Positions 60,101 through 63,100 of a DNA stretch of 64,000 bases are shown here, one piece after another. A model generated the notes under the pieces. It was not told where the DNA came from. It did not search any database and saw only the letters and a program-made list of their open reading frames with translations. This DNA is from Monocercomonoides exilis PA203 (Eukaryota; Protista; Preaxostyla), in the NCBI GenBank assembly GCA_001643675.2, contig LSRY02000058.1:310001-374000 (forward strand), written 5' to 3'. The translations under genes were made by a program, and so were the position numbers. Numbering within the stretch: the stretch's first letter is position 1; the number at the start of each line of letters is the position of its first letter.

Positions 60101-63100
60101 GATGGAGCGGAAAATGCTGTCGTGTGAGACTGGTCCATATTCGCTCACAGAAGAAGTTGAAGAAGAAGAAGATGAAGGCTGCATGAATGCCATAATTGAG
60201 GAAGGCAGCGAGGATTCAGTGGACAATGGAGAATATCGATAGTTTGAGAGCTCAGAAGTTGAAGATGAGGAAACAGAGTCAACAAAGGCAGAGGTGTACG
60301 TGTTGGTTGACGAAACTGTTGTTGACTCTGATGAGACTGTTGCAATGGAAGATGTCGAGCCGCCAGAGTGTGAAAGACCACCGCCCATTCTGTTGAATTC
60401 GATTAGGCTAATTTCATCTCCTTTGCGCTTCTTCGCATCTCCTCTGAAACTAAATGGAATCTTCTTCTCAGACAGCAAATCGAGAGAATACGGTTGTGAT
60501 GCTGATGCGCTTGCTCCAAATAAACTGAATTGCTGTTGCTGCTGTCTCTGTTGCTGTTGTATCATTTGTTGAGAACGGGTGTTTTCTGTTGACTTCAACG
60601 TGGATAGTCCATACGACCGGAGGATGTGCAAAACGATGTTCAGCGACTGCTCCCACACTGTTATCTTCTTCATTCCTCTGAGCAGATACTCTCTCTCCGC
60701 TGCATAGAACTGCTTTGCCAACTCTGTCTTGTCCATCTTCGAGTGTGCCTGGTGGATATGTGTTGTGAGCGACACAACAGAAACAAACCGCATTTCACAC
60801 AAGCTGCACACATATGGCTGGTCATCCGGAACGAACTGAGGAGGGGATGTTGGATCTGGTGTTACTCGTGACTCCACCACAGCAAATGGAAGCTGCTGGT
60901 TCTTCAAAAAGAAAATAATATTCTGCTCGTGTGTCAATGCACGAACAGGCTGATGCGAGCTGACGGATGAAAACGATCTGTGGTTGAACCTGCCACCTGC
61001 ACGGAAAGAGAAGGAACCGTTTCGAGAATGCCCAAAGGACTGGCGAGAAAAAGAGGCTGATGAACTTCGTGATGTTGTCAATGAAGGAAACACAGAAAGA
61101 GAAGCCGAGCGGCGCAATGGTGTCTGCTGCCCAGGGGATTGAAAAGGCGATGGAGAAGCAGACTGAACAGGAGAGCCAAAAGCAGACGTTGCAAACGAAA
61201 ATGCACGAGTTGATGGTGCGAATCCGATTTCGGTGGTTGATTGGTCAGAAAAGAGCGAGGCGAATGTTGACTGTCTGTTTCGAGAGAAGGAAAAGTGGCG
61301 CTGGTGCGAAATCTGATGCTGTGCAATATGCTCCAACTGAACGGGTGGTGGGCTCTGTGACAACGGAGTGCTGTTTGGAGGAGAGCCAACGAAAGAGGGC
61401 TTTTCTGTTGTTTGTGTTGATGAAGCTTGTCTCATCCACTGAATAGACGATGACTGAGAGAGTGTGGGCATGGCAGGAGTTATGAGCAGCCCAGCTGAAT
61501 TGTGAAATCTTCGACTTTGCTGCTTGGAAATTGCAGACATTGCTCCTGTTCCTTCATTCAATCCTGCACTCCCATTGAATCCAGATGAATGGTGTGAATA
61601 TGAAGCACCATCGCTTCCTTCTCCCGATGTCAGAAAGCGCAGCTCGTACAGCTGTGGAACGTGAAGAGAAGGCAGATCGCGGTGATGAGTGGGTGAACGC
61701 ACCAGCCCGCTCAGCTCATCACACACTGAAACAGGATTGAACTTGAACAGAAAATCGAACATTGAAAATCGCTCGTTAAGAGCCGTAGCAAATTCTGTGA
61801 CGTTCGGCAAGGAAGCCACAACAAGCATCGTTTCCTTCAGCAAAGCATTGCTTGAAGATAGCTCATTCCAGATGTTTGGAGGCATCTCTTCAGGCTCAGC
61901 GTCATTGGCAATCTGCTCAGAATGTTCAGGATTGTCTGTATCAGCGCCCATCTCGTCATTTTGCAGAATGTTGTTGGTTGAATACTGCAGCGGAGCGAAC
62001 AGGTTTGTCTTTCCAGGAAGTGTTGTAGCTGACGAGGCATTTTCCTTTTCGGCAAGGCGGAATCCTTCCATTTCTAATGTCTCGAGTGTTGTCTCTCCAG
62101 AAATCATTGAAAATCTTCTGTTGAGCCTCACCAAATGAGGATCAGTGCTATCTTGTGCAGTCTTTGAGTCTTGTTCCTGTTCAGATGCTCTTCTTTTCTC
62201 CGACGCTGCATCGTCCATTAATGAAGTCTCTCCTGCTTCAGAGCTCATAGTCAGCATATCCAAATCCCTCAAATTGCCCAGCGAATCTGTCGACACAACA
62301 GAAGCCGACCTTTCAAAGTGGTCGAGGCGCTCCTGAAACTGCATCGGCAGCAAGTTGTCTGTGGACTCCTGCAAGAACTTGCCTGAGCTGTCTGTCTGCT
62401 TCACCGCTCTCCATCTGCTCAGCGGACGTGTGGCAGACCACATCGGCATCTTCTCCACTGCGTTGAAGATGGACGTGATGAGCGTGTTGATGGAGCTCAG
62501 AATGTTTGCTGCATTTGGCACGAACTTGAAGCGAGGCAGTGTGAACTCGGCATTCAGCACTAAAGCCACCCGCTGCTTTCGCGAAAAGAGACAAGGATAG
62601 CAGCAGCTGCTGGACTCTCCTTCAGTGTGCAGGACTTGCCCTTCGTCTTCGGAAAGACGATGTGGACTGCCAGTGAAGCTGCTGCTATTTGGCATTTGTG
62701 CATAAGATGACGTAGACTGATTGCGCAGTGGTGATTCACTGTGCCTCACAGACAGCATCGAATACAGTAGAGAAAGAGATTTCAGCACAGAATGGTGTAC
62801 TGCTTCCACAAACAGGCGGTTGTATGATTGCAACATCGATTGGAACCCCTTCCGCATGTCCTCCAGCACCTTCAATGATCCAAAAAATGCTCGGAAGGTC
62901 TGCTGTTTCTCTTTTCCCAGCTTTTCTGTTCTGTCTGTCGAATGAATTTGCTCATGAGCATTGCGCTTCTCTTTCTCCGCGCCTGGGAAAGTGAGCATCG
63001 ACTGAACAAAAGCCGGCTGCTCCTTCTGTTTTCCCTCTGACCGCTGCTCTTCTGTGCTAATCGCAAGAAACGGATCCAATGCAGCTAAAGTCGGGTCAAC

